Shown here piece after piece: positions 24,247 to 32,626 of a stretch of DNA of 41,085 nucleotides. Location: NCBI GenBank assembly GCA_001816835.1, contig MHDB01000020.1:23523-64607 (forward strand), written 5' to 3'. The stretch is from Candidatus Woykebacteria bacterium RIFCSPLOWO2_01_FULL_43_14. GTDB taxonomy: Bacteria > Patescibacteriota > Microgenomatia > Woykebacterales > 2-01-FULL-43-14. The stretch's first letter is position 1; the number at the start of each line of letters is the position of its first letter. The position numbers and the translations under genes were made by a program. The notes beneath the pieces are model-generated. The model was not told the DNA's origin. It saw nothing but the letters and a program-made list of their open reading frames with translations, and did no database searches.

Positions 24247-24835
24247 CGTTTATAATAAGCGGATACTTTCTGGGTCTTCCTCGTGGTCGCTTTGGTTTGA
24301 GTTCGGCTGACGTGGCAGCCAGTAACTTACGGGGTCTCCCTCGCTCTCGTTTGATTATACCCAATACACGTAGTTCTTCCATCCCGACCATACGGCTTTC
24401 GCGACCTGAGCAATATGGACAGTACGGCCAATTGATTTGGCTCACTCGATTACAGGCAAGACAAACTTTCTTTAGGCTTTGGCTACAACTTGGACAAAAA
24501 ATGTAATCCTTCTCCAGCACAAACCCACAGGTGGGACAAATCCCCTCGAGTGACTCCTTGATCAAAAGTTTTTCTTCAAGTCTTTTCTGTGCGGATTCGG
24601 CCAGAGTTAGGCGTGGTCTTAAGAACATGTAAAGAAACAAGCCAAAAATCCCACCGACCAAGACCAAAAAGGCAGCTGAGATATGAACAGCTCTGCTCCT
24701 TGATCTATCTTTGATGTCCACCCAAGTATAAAGAATCAAACCAAACCAAATAAGACCAAGGTAAGTCGAGACGATCATCCAAATATATGGGGCTTTAAAT
24801 GCATTAACCACAAATTCCAAGCTCATAAATAACAT
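24131..24835 (-). CDS. Membrane-anchored double zinc-ribbon protein with two C-terminal AT-hooks
   Basis: PLDc_N-like two-TM N-terminus (…GGIFGLFLYMFLRPR). Zinc ribbon CPTCG...CPSC...CLAC...CPYC. Two RGRPRK motifs (KRERGRPRKLL, KRPRGRPRKYP). Confidence 0.65.
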   Translation of the reverse strand: MLFMSLEFVVNAFKAPYIWMIVSTYLGLIWFGLILYTWVDIKDRSRSRAVHISAAFLVLVGGIFGLFLYMFLRPRLTLAESAQKRLEEKLLIKESLEGICPTCGFVLEKDYIFCPSCSQSLKKVCLACNRVSQINWPYCPYCSGRESRMVGMEELRVLGIIKRERGRPRKLLAATSAELKPKRPRGRPRKYPLIINDEDETKLKRSPRYAPGLSREAQETERVSEKEESEVFLN

Positions 24836-24845
24836 TAATAACAGG

Positions 24846-24874
24846 TTGACTTTTACTTAACAAAAACATACAAT
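24846..24874 (+). promoter_or_regulatory. Promoter of the 24884 membrane-protein gene
   Basis: TTGACT (24846-24851), 17-nt spacer, TACAAT (24869-24874), then 9 nt to the ATG. Confidence 0.6.
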
Positions 24875-24883
24875 CGCAACTAT

Positions 24884-25309
24884 ATGCTTTCGACCCCTCA
24901 TCTGCTCGTTGGTGCCACTGTTGGTTCCCTAAGCGCAAATCCTTTATTAGCTTTTTTGGCAGGAATAGCTTCTCATTTTATCATGGACCTGATCCCTCAT
25001 TGGGAATGGAAACCGTCAAATCCAATGTATGTCTTTCTTGCTTTCTTTGACTTTTTCTTTGGGGCAGCTCTTCTTTTCGTGCTTACAATTAACTCCTCAG
25101 ATCCTTTTTTGGTCTGGGCAGGGGCGATGGGGGGAGTTTTTCCAGATATCCTTCAAGCTCCTTACTACCTACTACACCGTAAGGTAAAGGTCTTGGAACC
25201 ATTAAGATCTTTTCACGGGAGTATTCAGCGCTACAAGGTTCCGATATATGCTGGAGTGCTTACGCAAATTGTGACTCTGATCATCACTTCTTGGTTCCTC
25301 ACTCGTTAG
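24884..25309 (+). CDS. Small polytopic membrane protein, hypothetical
   Basis: 141 aa, 4 hydrophobic helices, with an HFIMDLIPHWEW His/Asp motif. Confidence 0.55.
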   Translation: MLSTPHLLVGATVGSLSANPLLAFLAGIASHFIMDLIPHWEWKPSNPMYVFLAFFDFFFGAALLFVLTINSSDPFLVWAGAMGGVFPDILQAPYYLLHRKVKVLEPLRSFHGSIQRYKVPIYAGVLTQIVTLIITSWFLTR

Positions 25310-25378
25310 GTGGTAGATTGTAGGTTTTAGGTTGTAGGAGAAAGTTGCTACAACCTACAAACTATAACCTACAACCTC
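25309..25378. repeat. Long imperfect hairpin of TACAACC/GGTTGTA units between convergent genes
   Basis: GGTGGTAGATTGTAGGTTTTAGGTTGTAGG-agaaagttg-CTACAACCTACAAACTATAACCTACAACC. The core is 10 bp perfect. The right arm is near-identical to 19297-19319. Confidence 0.65.
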
Positions 25379-25942
25379 TCATCTAGCCACACGCTCGATA
25401 TAACTACCCTGACGAGTATCAACTTTGATAACGTCACCCTCGTGAATAAATAATGGTACACTTATTACCAGCCCATTTTCAAGTGTTGCGGGTTTAAGAA
25501 CATTGGAAACGGAATTTCCCCTCTCTCCTGGACCAGTCTCAGTAACCTTAAACTCGATACTATTAGGAAGGTCAACACTTAAAGGCTGCTCATCCCAAGT
25601 GATCAAGCTTACTACCATGCCTTCTTTAAGGAATTTATCTACCCCGCCTAGCTGGTTTTTTGGGAGAGAAAATTGTTCATAAGTGCCCACATCCATAAAA
25701 GTAAAGTTTTCACCGTCAGCGTAAAGGTAGGAAACTTTTTTCTTTTCCACGTTAGCTTCCTCTACACGAGCGTTTGAAATGTAGGATTTTTCGATAATCG
25801 CGCCTGTTTTAAGGTTACGCGCTTTTAACTTCACGTTGGCACTTCCCCGACCCACTTTCACAAACTCATAATTCAAAACAATCCAAGGACTCTCATCTTC
25901 CTGGAACATCGTCCCGTTTCGTAAATCAGTAACTGAAATCAT
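25379..25942 (-). CDS. efp: Elongation factor P
   Basis: MISVTDLRNGTMFQEDESPWIVLNYEFVKVGRGSANVKLKARNLKTG... is the canonical EF-P N-terminus. TTGCAA-17-TAGAAT lies upstream. The track ORF starts at 25981. Confidence 0.92.
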   Translation of the reverse strand: MISVTDLRNGTMFQEDESPWIVLNYEFVKVGRGSANVKLKARNLKTGAIIEKSYISNARVEEANVEKKKVSYLYADGENFTFMDVGTYEQFSLPKNQLGGVDKFLKEGMVVSLITWDEQPLSVDLPNSIEFKVTETGPGERGNSVSNVLKPATLENGLVISVPLFIHEGDVIKVDTRQGSYIERVAR

Positions 25943-26018
25943 AAGTGCGAAAATTCTAACACCTCGAGAAATTTTTTGCAAAAACTCAGCCTATCCGCTA
26001 GTTATGGGGCTTTTGTCA

Positions 26019-26027
26019 TGGTATAAT
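26019..26027 (+). promoter_or_regulatory. Extended -10 promoter of tRNA-Leu
   Basis: TGgTATAAT, 16 nt upstream of the mature tRNA 5' end. Confidence 0.55.
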
Positions 26028-26043
26028 TACTTTCTAAAACTGC

Positions 26044-26128
26044 GCCGCTGTGGTGGAACTGGCAGACACGCACGACTCAAAATCGTGTGCCTCACGGCAT
26101 GTCGGTTCGACTCCGACCAGCGGCACCA
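26044..26128 (+). tRNA. tRNA-Leu (anticodon CAA), CCA-encoded
   Basis: Hand-folded. Acceptor GCCGCTG/CAGCGGC, 3-bp D stem, anticodon stem CACGA/TCGTG with loop CU-CAA-AA. Long variable arm TGCCTCACGGCAT. T arm GTCGG-TTCGACT-CCGAC. Discriminator A, then CCA. Confidence 0.93.
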
Positions 26129-26164
26129 CCCCCTTATCGATTACACCCGCAACAAAATCTTTAG

Positions 26165-26193
26165 TTGACAGACGAAGCAAAAATCGCTAGACT
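26165..26193 (+). promoter_or_regulatory. Promoter of ORF 26245
   Basis: TTGACA (26165-26170), 17-nt spacer, TAGACT (26188-26193). The leader has a GTGCTC/GAGCAC hairpin and an AAGGGAGAG SD. Confidence 0.55.
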
Positions 26194-26244
26194 AATAATC
26201 TGTGCTCAAATTTCTCAATCACTCGGAGCACCTAAGGGAGAGCT

Positions 26245-26598
26245 ATGTACCAAGTGCATGCGCAGCCAGTCGCGTCCGTGACACCCCCAAAGACAGGTCA
26301 TGGAAAGACTGATCAGACGTGCCCACTAGCATTTCAAACCCTCGAGATATATTCAGCACTTATGGAATTCGCGAAGGTTGGGGATCAGCGAACATTACGC
26401 GCGCTTTATCAGGCATGTCAAACACCAAGTCACAAAATAGAAGACACCTGCGCGGCCATTGCGGTAATGATGTCAGCCATTCCTTTTGATTATGTAGATC
26501 GTCGAGTTAAGGCAGACGCAGTTGAAGTAACTGGAAAGCTTTTGGAAGAAAGAGATCGGACCATTGTAGTAAGACCTTTAGAGACTCTCCAAGTCTAA
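26245..26598 (+). CDS. Hypothetical protein (117 aa), higher G+C, next to a tRNA
   Basis: Good promoter and SD. No recognisable motifs. Followed by the GC-rich repeat family. Confidence 0.55.
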   Translation: MYQVHAQPVASVTPPKTGHGKTDQTCPLAFQTLEIYSALMEFAKVGDQRTLRALYQACQTPSHKIEDTCAAIAVMMSAIPFDYVDRRVKADAVEVTGKLLEERDRTIVVRPLETLQV

Positions 26599-26625
26599 TC
26601 TAACCCTCGTTTGATACTTTCAACC

Positions 26626-26730
26626 GGGGGTTTCTTTTTGGCCTTCAGGCCAACCACGCGAAGCTCTCCGCGAAGTGTGGTAACCTTCAGGCCAACCACG
26701 CGAAGTCCAGCGCGGGCGAAGTGGGGTTTT
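26626..26730. repeat. G+C-rich repeat element with an internal 42-nt tandem duplication (family shared with 9530-9667)
   Basis: GGGGGTTTCTTTTTG, then GGCC-TTCA-GGCC. The 22-mer CCTTCAGGCCAACCACGCGAAG is perfect at 26642-26663 and 26684-26705. CGCGAAG-type motifs occur four times. Confidence 0.65.
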
Positions 26731-28067
26731 TAACTAGTAGCTACTTTGACCGGAGCTGCGTGTTGACGATCGAGAGGGTAAAAGCGGCGGCGCTCCCCCT
26801 TGAATTTGAGATCAACTTCCCCAAGTGGTCCTGAGCGGTGTTTGGCAATGGTTAGCTTTATATCTTCACGCATCTCGGGATCTTCCCGGTGCAAGAACAT
26901 AACTACATCAGCGTCTTGCTCAATCGCCCCTGACTCACGCAAATCTGAAAGCTGAGGAGCTTTATTACCTCCCCGGATTTCAATCGCACGTGATAGCTGA
27001 GATAAGGAAAGCACGGGAATCTTCAGTTCTCGAGCCAGGTTTTTCAAAGATTGAGAAATTTCACTGACTTCCTGTACCCTATTCTCGAGATTGCGAGGGC
27101 CTTTTACTAACTGTAAGTAATCAACAATCAACAAGTCCAATCCGTGTTCCATCTGCAATCGTCTGGCTTTGGTCCTCATTTCCATTATGGATATCCCTGG
27201 GGTGTCATCGATAAAAAGCGGTGCCTCCGCCAGCTCACCCATGGCATCAGACAAACGACTAAAATCATCTTCGGTAAGGTTCCCGGTTGTCAATTTCCAG
27301 GCATCAACATTGGCTTCACTGGCCAACATAAGGTCCACCAATTGTTCTTTAGACATTTCCAAGGAAAATATCCCCACCTTAACTCTTTCTTTGGTAGCAG
27401 CTTGTTGGGCTATGTTCATGGCTAAAGTCGTCTTACCCATCGACGGACGGGCGGCCAGAATAATCAAGGTTGAGTCCTGTAAACCAGAAAGAACTTTATC
27501 CAAATCCTTAAATCCGGTGGCAACCCCTCGCAAACCGCCTTTTTTCTGGTGCATTTCTTCGAGTCTGTCAAAGCTTTCCGCCAAGGCATCTTTGATAGGA
27601 ATAAAATTACGCGTCACATGCTCTTGAGAAATCGCGAATAGTTCCCTTTCGGATTCATCCAGAAGATCCCGAACTTCTTTCCCCTCTTCAAAAGCCCATT
27701 CAGTAATCCGGGCAGCAGAGCTAATCAATCTTCTTTTGGTTGCTCTGTCTTTGACGATGTAAGCGTAATTTTCAACATGGGCGGACGTGGGAACGATATT
27801 GACCAAGGTTGTCAGGTATCCTGCCCCACCCACAAAATCATACTTATCTCGAATTTTTAGTTCGTCAGTCAGGGTAACCAGATCAATTGGTTGCCGCTTT
27901 TCATAAAGAGCGCTAATAGCACTATAAACTTCTGAGTGAATTGGTTTGTAAAAATGGTCGGGGTGTATAATGGGGGCAACCTTAACAACAGCGTCCTTGT
28001 CAATCAGGAGTGCTCCAAGAACGGCCTGCTCAGCCTCAACATTTTGAGGAGGTACTTTAGCTTCCAT
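26730..28067 (-). CDS. dnaB: Replicative DNA helicase DnaB
   Basis: PPQNVEAEQAVLGALL, Walker A ARPSMGKTT, LLIVDYLQL and SQLSR motifs. Confidence 0.93.
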   Translation of the reverse strand: MEAKVPPQNVEAEQAVLGALLIDKDAVVKVAPIIHPDHFYKPIHSEVYSAISALYEKRQPIDLVTLTDELKIRDKYDFVGGAGYLTTLVNIVPTSAHVENYAYIVKDRATKRRLISSAARITEWAFEEGKEVRDLLDESERELFAISQEHVTRNFIPIKDALAESFDRLEEMHQKKGGLRGVATGFKDLDKVLSGLQDSTLIILAARPSMGKTTLAMNIAQQAATKERVKVGIFSLEMSKEQLVDLMLASEANVDAWKLTTGNLTEDDFSRLSDAMGELAEAPLFIDDTPGISIMEMRTKARRLQMEHGLDLLIVDYLQLVKGPRNLENRVQEVSEISQSLKNLARELKIPVLSLSQLSRAIEIRGGNKAPQLSDLRESGAIEQDADVVMFLHREDPEMREDIKLTIAKHRSGPLGEVDLKFKGERRRFYPLDRQHAAPVKVATS

Positions 28068-28111
28068 ATAAACAAACCTCTTGTGGTGGAATCAGAACGT
28101 TAGCCATAAAT

Positions 28112-28693
28112 CTAGTGTATCATGTTTAAAACGGCGCTCAAAGCACTTGGCAATTCAGTGATGTTGTCACTGCCACTAAAGTGACCCTTGTCATGTTCGA
28201 TCAGAGGAGTTGTTTCGAGACGGGTTTGAAAAATGTCTGCATCAGTAAGCGGGACACATCCATCGTTATCAGAAAAAATAGTAGTAATTTGATTTGTATG
28301 TGTTTTTATTTTCTCCCAATTGATAGGGGTTGTAAGCCATGGGTGAGCGATCTTTTTGTCCTCTGGGGTTGGAACACACTCTGGAAGCAAATGTACCCAC
28401 GGAGCAACAAGAACAACACCACCTACTTTTTTACCAGAGGGCAAACTTTCCAGGTACCGCAAAATCGTTTGGCAACCAATTGAGTGTCCAACGAAGTATG
28501 TTGTTTCGTTTATTTCTCCTACAAGTTTAGTAAGGAGCTGTACCCACGTCTCAATTTTGGGATGTTCGGTATCGGGCATGGAAGGATTATAAACTTCGCA
28601 TCCTTTATCTTCGAGTTGACTTTTTAACCACGGAATCCAATCATCCTGAGGATACGCTCCCCAACCATGGACGATAAAAACTCTAGGATTCAT
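28112..28693 (-). CDS. Alpha/beta serine hydrolase, RBBP9/YdeN-like
   Basis: VFIVHGW...W, nucleophile elbow GHSIGC, and a late D...H (DKGHF). The ATG at 28693 (MNPRVF) is preferred over the TTG at 28708. Confidence 0.7.
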   Translation of the reverse strand: MNPRVFIVHGWGAYPQDDWIPWLKSQLEDKGCEVYNPSMPDTEHPKIETWVQLLTKLVGEINETTYFVGHSIGCQTILRYLESLPSGKKVGGVVLVAPWVHLLPECVPTPEDKKIAHPWLTTPINWEKIKTHTNQITTIFSDNDGCVPLTDADIFQTRLETTPLIEHDKGHFSGSDNITELPSALSAVLNMIH

Positions 28694-28694
28694 A

Positions 28695-29333
28695 CTATGA
28701 TCGTTCAAGTACTACAACTTGGGATTCTTCGGGGAGTTTGTCTTTGGTAATAACAAGTTTGGAAACTGGGGTAACGGATTCTTTGGCCATTTCTTTGAGG
28801 AATTTATCAACCCCTTCTAGTTGGTATTTCAACCCTTCTACCTGGTAATGCATTGGAATCACTACCTTAGCCTCTAATTCAGCAGCTATTTTGGCCGCGG
28901 TGTGAGCTTCGATGGTATAAACCCCACCCACAGGTATGAGTAGGACATCCACGTTCCCAAACTCTTCCAGCTGCTCGGAGGAAAGATCATGGCCAATATC
29001 CCCGAGATGGGCAATATTTACATCATCTACTGTAATATTGTATATGGTATTTTTTCCCCGCTCCGCGCCACCTTTGTCGTCGTGAAATGTAGCCATGCCA
29101 ACCACATTTACTCCCTTAACTTCATATTCACCCGGGCCTTGAATAAGGTAAGGTGAGCCTTCTATAGAAGAGGGATTATTGTGGTCAGAGTGACTATGAC
29201 TAACTGTAATTAAATCTGCACTCAGTTTGGGGAGTTTTAAACCAGTTGAATTTGAATCAAACGGGTCTGTAATGACCGTAGCAAACTTTCCTTTTAACCG
29301 AAAACACGAGTGTCCAATCCAACTTATTTCCAT
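28695..29333 (-). CDS. MBL-fold metal-dependent hydrolase (UPF0173-like)
   Basis: MEISWIGHSCFRLKG...TDPF...VSHSHSDHNN, with HxHxDH-type metal ligands. Start moved to 29333, 7 nt after a TACAAT box. The track ORF starts at 29525. Confidence 0.8.
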   Translation of the reverse strand: MEISWIGHSCFRLKGKFATVITDPFDSNSTGLKLPKLSADLITVSHSHSDHNNPSSIEGSPYLIQGPGEYEVKGVNVVGMATFHDDKGGAERGKNTIYNITVDDVNIAHLGDIGHDLSSEQLEEFGNVDVLLIPVGGVYTIEAHTAAKIAAELEAKVVIPMHYQVEGLKYQLEGVDKFLKEMAKESVTPVSKLVITKDKLPEESQVVVLERS

Positions 29334-29435
29334 ACAGTTTATTGTATTGGAAAATGTATCCAGATTCAACCCACCAACTCGTAAGAAGCCGCACAACCCT
29401 CCATACACCTCGGGAGTTGTATATTTGGCATATAT

Positions 29436-29465
29436 AAGGTGACACCCTCGCGAGGGTGTCACCTT
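29436..29465. promoter_or_regulatory. 30-nt perfect palindrome in the divergent MBL-hydrolase/hisS control region
   Basis: AAGGTGACACCCTCG|CGAGGGTGTCACCTT, 31-60 nt upstream of the hisS -10 box. Confidence 0.5.
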
Positions 29466-29510
29466 TGGAAATTTGTAAACATTTGCTGCCTGGTATGCTA
29501 CAATGTTTGC

Positions 29511-30743
29511 ATGATTATCCCTCAAACACCCAAAGGATTTCGCGATTTCTTGCCCTCTACTTCCCTCAAACGAAAATTGGTCTTAGCAAAAATTGTTTCT
29601 GTATTTGAGCGATTTGGATTTGACCCTCTCGAAACTCCAGCGATTGAATTTGCTGAGACCCTTAAAGGTAAATATGGCGAAGACGAAAAACTTATTTTTG
29701 AATTCACCGACCGAGGAGACCGCCAAGTGGCTCTTCGATACGATCAGACCGTCCCGTTATCTCGAGTGGTTGCCCAATATCCTGAGTTACCCAAGCCATT
29801 TAAACGCTATCAAACGCAAAACGTCTGGCGGGCCGAAAATCCTCAAAAAGGCAGGTTTCGTGAATTCCTGCAAGTCGACTTTGATGTAGTGGGCTCAAGT
29901 TCAACACTTGTGGACAGCGAAATAGCCCAAATCATCTCTGCAGTTTTGAAAGAGCTCGGGTTTAAAAAATTCCGAATTTTACTAAATAGCCGTCCGCTTC
30001 TTAATGATCTCATGAAAAGTTCAGGTGTTGATGAAAACTTAGTCACAGGAGCAATCACTAGCATCGACAAACTGAAAAAAATCGGGATCGATGGGGTTAT
30101 ACAAGAAATGGTCGGCCGCGGAATACCAACTGAGGTGGCCAAAAAAGTTATCGAGTCATTTCAAAATGCCAAGCCCAATCAAGAAGTTCAGAGTGTTTTA
30201 GACACCCTAAAGGACTCGGGTGAAGATATGAGTTCGTTTGTGTTTGAGCCAACCCTTGCTCGTGGTCTCGCCTACTATACCGGCATTATTTACGAAGCCG
30301 AAGTTGAAGGATTTAGCGCGGGATCTGTCTGCGGTGGCGGGCGATATGATAAATTGATCGGACAATTCAGTGGCACAGACTACCCTGCCAACGGGGCTTC
30401 GTTTGGATTCGACCGAGTACTCGAAGCCATGGAAGAGCAAGGTTTGCTTCCCGAAGTAAAAACTACCACCAAAGTTCTGGTAACTATTTTTAGTAAAGAC
30501 TTAGTCCAGAATTCGTTAAAAGTCGCTCAAGAATTAAAGGCCCAAGGCATCAACACCGAAGTATATCTTGATACTGACGCCAAACTAGAGAAACAACTTA
30601 AATACGCCGACGCAAAAGGTATTCCTTTTGCCATTATCCTTGGTCCTGAAGAAGCAGAAAAAGCTGTAGTAAACCTCAAAAACCTCTCCACTAAAGAGCA
30701 AACTCAAGTTCCCATTTCTGAAGTAATTACGAAACTTACCTAG
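29511..30743 (+). CDS. hisS: Histidine--tRNA ligase
   Basis: MIIPQTPKGFRDFLP, LRYDQTVPLSR, FRRYQTQNVWRAE-like, REFLQVDFD and GGGRYD motifs. TGcTACAAT sits 6 nt upstream of the ATG. The track ORF starts at 29439. Confidence 0.92.
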   Translation: MIIPQTPKGFRDFLPSTSLKRKLVLAKIVSVFERFGFDPLETPAIEFAETLKGKYGEDEKLIFEFTDRGDRQVALRYDQTVPLSRVVAQYPELPKPFKRYQTQNVWRAENPQKGRFREFLQVDFDVVGSSSTLVDSEIAQIISAVLKELGFKKFRILLNSRPLLNDLMKSSGVDENLVTGAITSIDKLKKIGIDGVIQEMVGRGIPTEVAKKVIESFQNAKPNQEVQSVLDTLKDSGEDMSSFVFEPTLARGLAYYTGIIYEAEVEGFSAGSVCGGGRYDKLIGQFSGTDYPANGASFGFDRVLEAMEEQGLLPEVKTTTKVLVTIFSKDLVQNSLKVAQELKAQGINTEVYLDTDAKLEKQLKYADAKGIPFAIILGPEEAEKAVVNLKNLSTKEQTQVPISEVITKLT

Positions 30744-30752
30744 AGTAGTTAC

Positions 30753-30989
30753 TTACTTCTTTTTTCTGAGTTCAGAAGCAACTGTGGGGGTTGATTCAAT
30801 CTTTTCTACTCTGTGATTTAAGAAAGTCATTTCCTGTCTGAATGCTCTTACTTCTCCCACAAGATTATCAATAATAGTCATTACCTGTCGAAACTGATCT
30901 TTGGTTGCCATTTTTTCTTCCAGAGTTCGCAAGTCTTCTTTTGTAGCGAACACCTTAGTAAGTTTTTTGATATCTTCTACTGATAACAT
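30753..30989 (-). CDS. Small coiled-coil protein, hypothetical
   Basis: 78 aa, heptad-like K/E-rich sequence. No family recognised. Confidence 0.45.
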   Translation of the reverse strand: MLSVEDIKKLTKVFATKEDLRTLEEKMATKDQFRQVMTIIDNLVGEVRAFRQEMTFLNHRVEKIESTPTVASELRKKK

Positions 30990-31049
30990 GGTTTTAATTT
31001 AACAGAAAATCCCTTATGCAACAATACGATTTTCTAGTACAATAACTAC

Positions 31050-31994
31050 ATGCCTGTCTACCTAACACCAGAGCGACTTGGTATCATTGCCATCACCATT
31101 GCCTGGATTATTTGGGGAGCACATCCTATCGCCGCCAAATTTGGAATTGAAACAATTCCAATTTATAGTTTGATTTTCTATCGATTATTTTTCGCTACGC
31201 TAATCATCCTTCCACTAACCATTAATCAGCTCCGTACGATCAGATTTACACCTTCTCTACTCAAGCAACTTCTTATCGCTAGTCTGCTGGGAATAGTACT
31301 CAACATTATATTTTTCTTCATCGGGCTTGAGCACACTCAAGCAATTGACGCAGCACTCATTATGGCCACCATACCTCTTATTACTCTTCTTAGCGCAAGA
31401 GTTTTTCTGAAGGAAAAAATAACTCCACCAGAAGTAATAGGCGCACTTGTGGGTCTCATGGGCACCGGCCTTATTTTTTTCAAGCCATTCCTCGAGGAAG
31501 ACCAACACACAGCTGAGCGCTTCCTAGGTAACATATTTATTGCGCTAGCGGTGGTTACCTGGGTAGCCTTCACAATATATACGAAACGAATCGAAAAGGA
31601 AATCAACCCGAGCGTTATTACCACTTCGGTCATTTGGATAGGGATGGTCATGCTCTTCCCACTAATGATTTGGGACATGTATCGCTATCCCAACTGGATT
31701 CACGACATCAAACCAATTTCTCTTTACAGCATGATCTATATGACTCTCGGATCAACTATCGGCGCTTATTTCTTGTATGAATGGGGTTTGAAATACGTCA
31801 AAGCAGGTCTGGCAGGGATTTTGAGCAATATTTCAGTAGTTATTACTTTATTTCTAGGAAGCCTTGTTTTAGGAGAAAAAATCACCACCCTTACCCTTGC
31901 AGGAGCTGTTTTACTCGTAGCAGGAGTTATCGCTGCTGGTCTTAAAGGCTCTAGACACATTACCCACCAACATCACCATAGACACAAAGTTTAG
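31050..31994 (+). CDS. DMT-superfamily (EamA-like) transporter with a His-rich C-terminus
   Basis: 10 TM helices in two EamA-like halves. The tail is SRHITHQHHHRHKV. Confidence 0.8.
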   Translation: MPVYLTPERLGIIAITIAWIIWGAHPIAAKFGIETIPIYSLIFYRLFFATLIILPLTINQLRTIRFTPSLLKQLLIASLLGIVLNIIFFFIGLEHTQAIDAALIMATIPLITLLSARVFLKEKITPPEVIGALVGLMGTGLIFFKPFLEEDQHTAERFLGNIFIALAVVTWVAFTIYTKRIEKEINPSVITTSVIWIGMVMLFPLMIWDMYRYPNWIHDIKPISLYSMIYMTLGSTIGAYFLYEWGLKYVKAGLAGILSNISVVITLFLGSLVLGEKITTLTLAGAVLLVAGVIAAGLKGSRHITHQHHHRHKV

Positions 31995-32035
31995 AAATTA
32001 GAAAAAAGAAAGACTCCGTTAAAAAAACGAAGCCT

Positions 32036-32524
32036 CTATAAAGTCCGATGGTTCTGGATACCTACAACCATTCCCATATCCACCGAGAAAGCACTGTGCT
32101 CAAAAATGTTGACGGGTAGTCCAAAGTCTTCCCACTCCATCGGAAGGTTCGGATCTACCTCGACCTCCAAAGTTACTACTAATACCGATCCGACAGAACC
32201 TCTTGAAGTGGTAAATAGCTCATCAGAAAACCGAATAGTAAAGTATGTGCAACCCCCCACACCAAAATCTTTGATGGATGCAAACAAGGAGTTAAAGTAC
32301 ATTTTTAGATCTTCTATTTTCGATTTAGGATCGACCGCACGTAAGCCAACTCTGACACTCAGTGTAAGAGTCGACAAATCCCTGCTTCCTTCAGTAGTTC
32401 CTGTTAGCGTAAAGGCAGTGTGCCCACTCGCAGCTTCAGGGGATAGTACTCTCCTTGAACCGTAAAACAGCCGAAGTACCTCTGAAAAGGTAAGCGGTTC
32501 TTTAGGCGGGACTAGTAGCCTCAC
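32036..32524 (-). CDS. Hypothetical soluble protein (162 aa), no recognisable family
   Basis: GTG start with a GAAAGGGG SD and a TATAAT box upstream. Beta-rich composition. Confidence 0.5.
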   Translation of the reverse strand: MRLLVPPKEPLTFSEVLRLFYGSRRVLSPEAASGHTAFTLTGTTEGSRDLSTLTLSVRVGLRAVDPKSKIEDLKMYFNSLFASIKDFGVGGCTYFTIRFSDELFTTSRGSVGSVLVVTLEVEVDPNLPMEWEDFGLPVNIFEHSAFSVDMGMVVGIQNHRTL

Positions 32525-32626
32525 TGGATACCCCTTTCTCGATGGCTATTATACACTATGGGATCATAAAAGTCAGCATATCCTCGTATATTGTGCAAAT
32601 CAAAGCTGTATGGTACAATCACATGC

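Noticed and set aside
26642-26705. Possible CRISPR-like array (22-nt direct repeats, 42-nt period)
   Set aside because: There are only two repeat units, the spacers are themselves related to each other, and no cas genes are present. It is a local tandem duplication of a repeat element.
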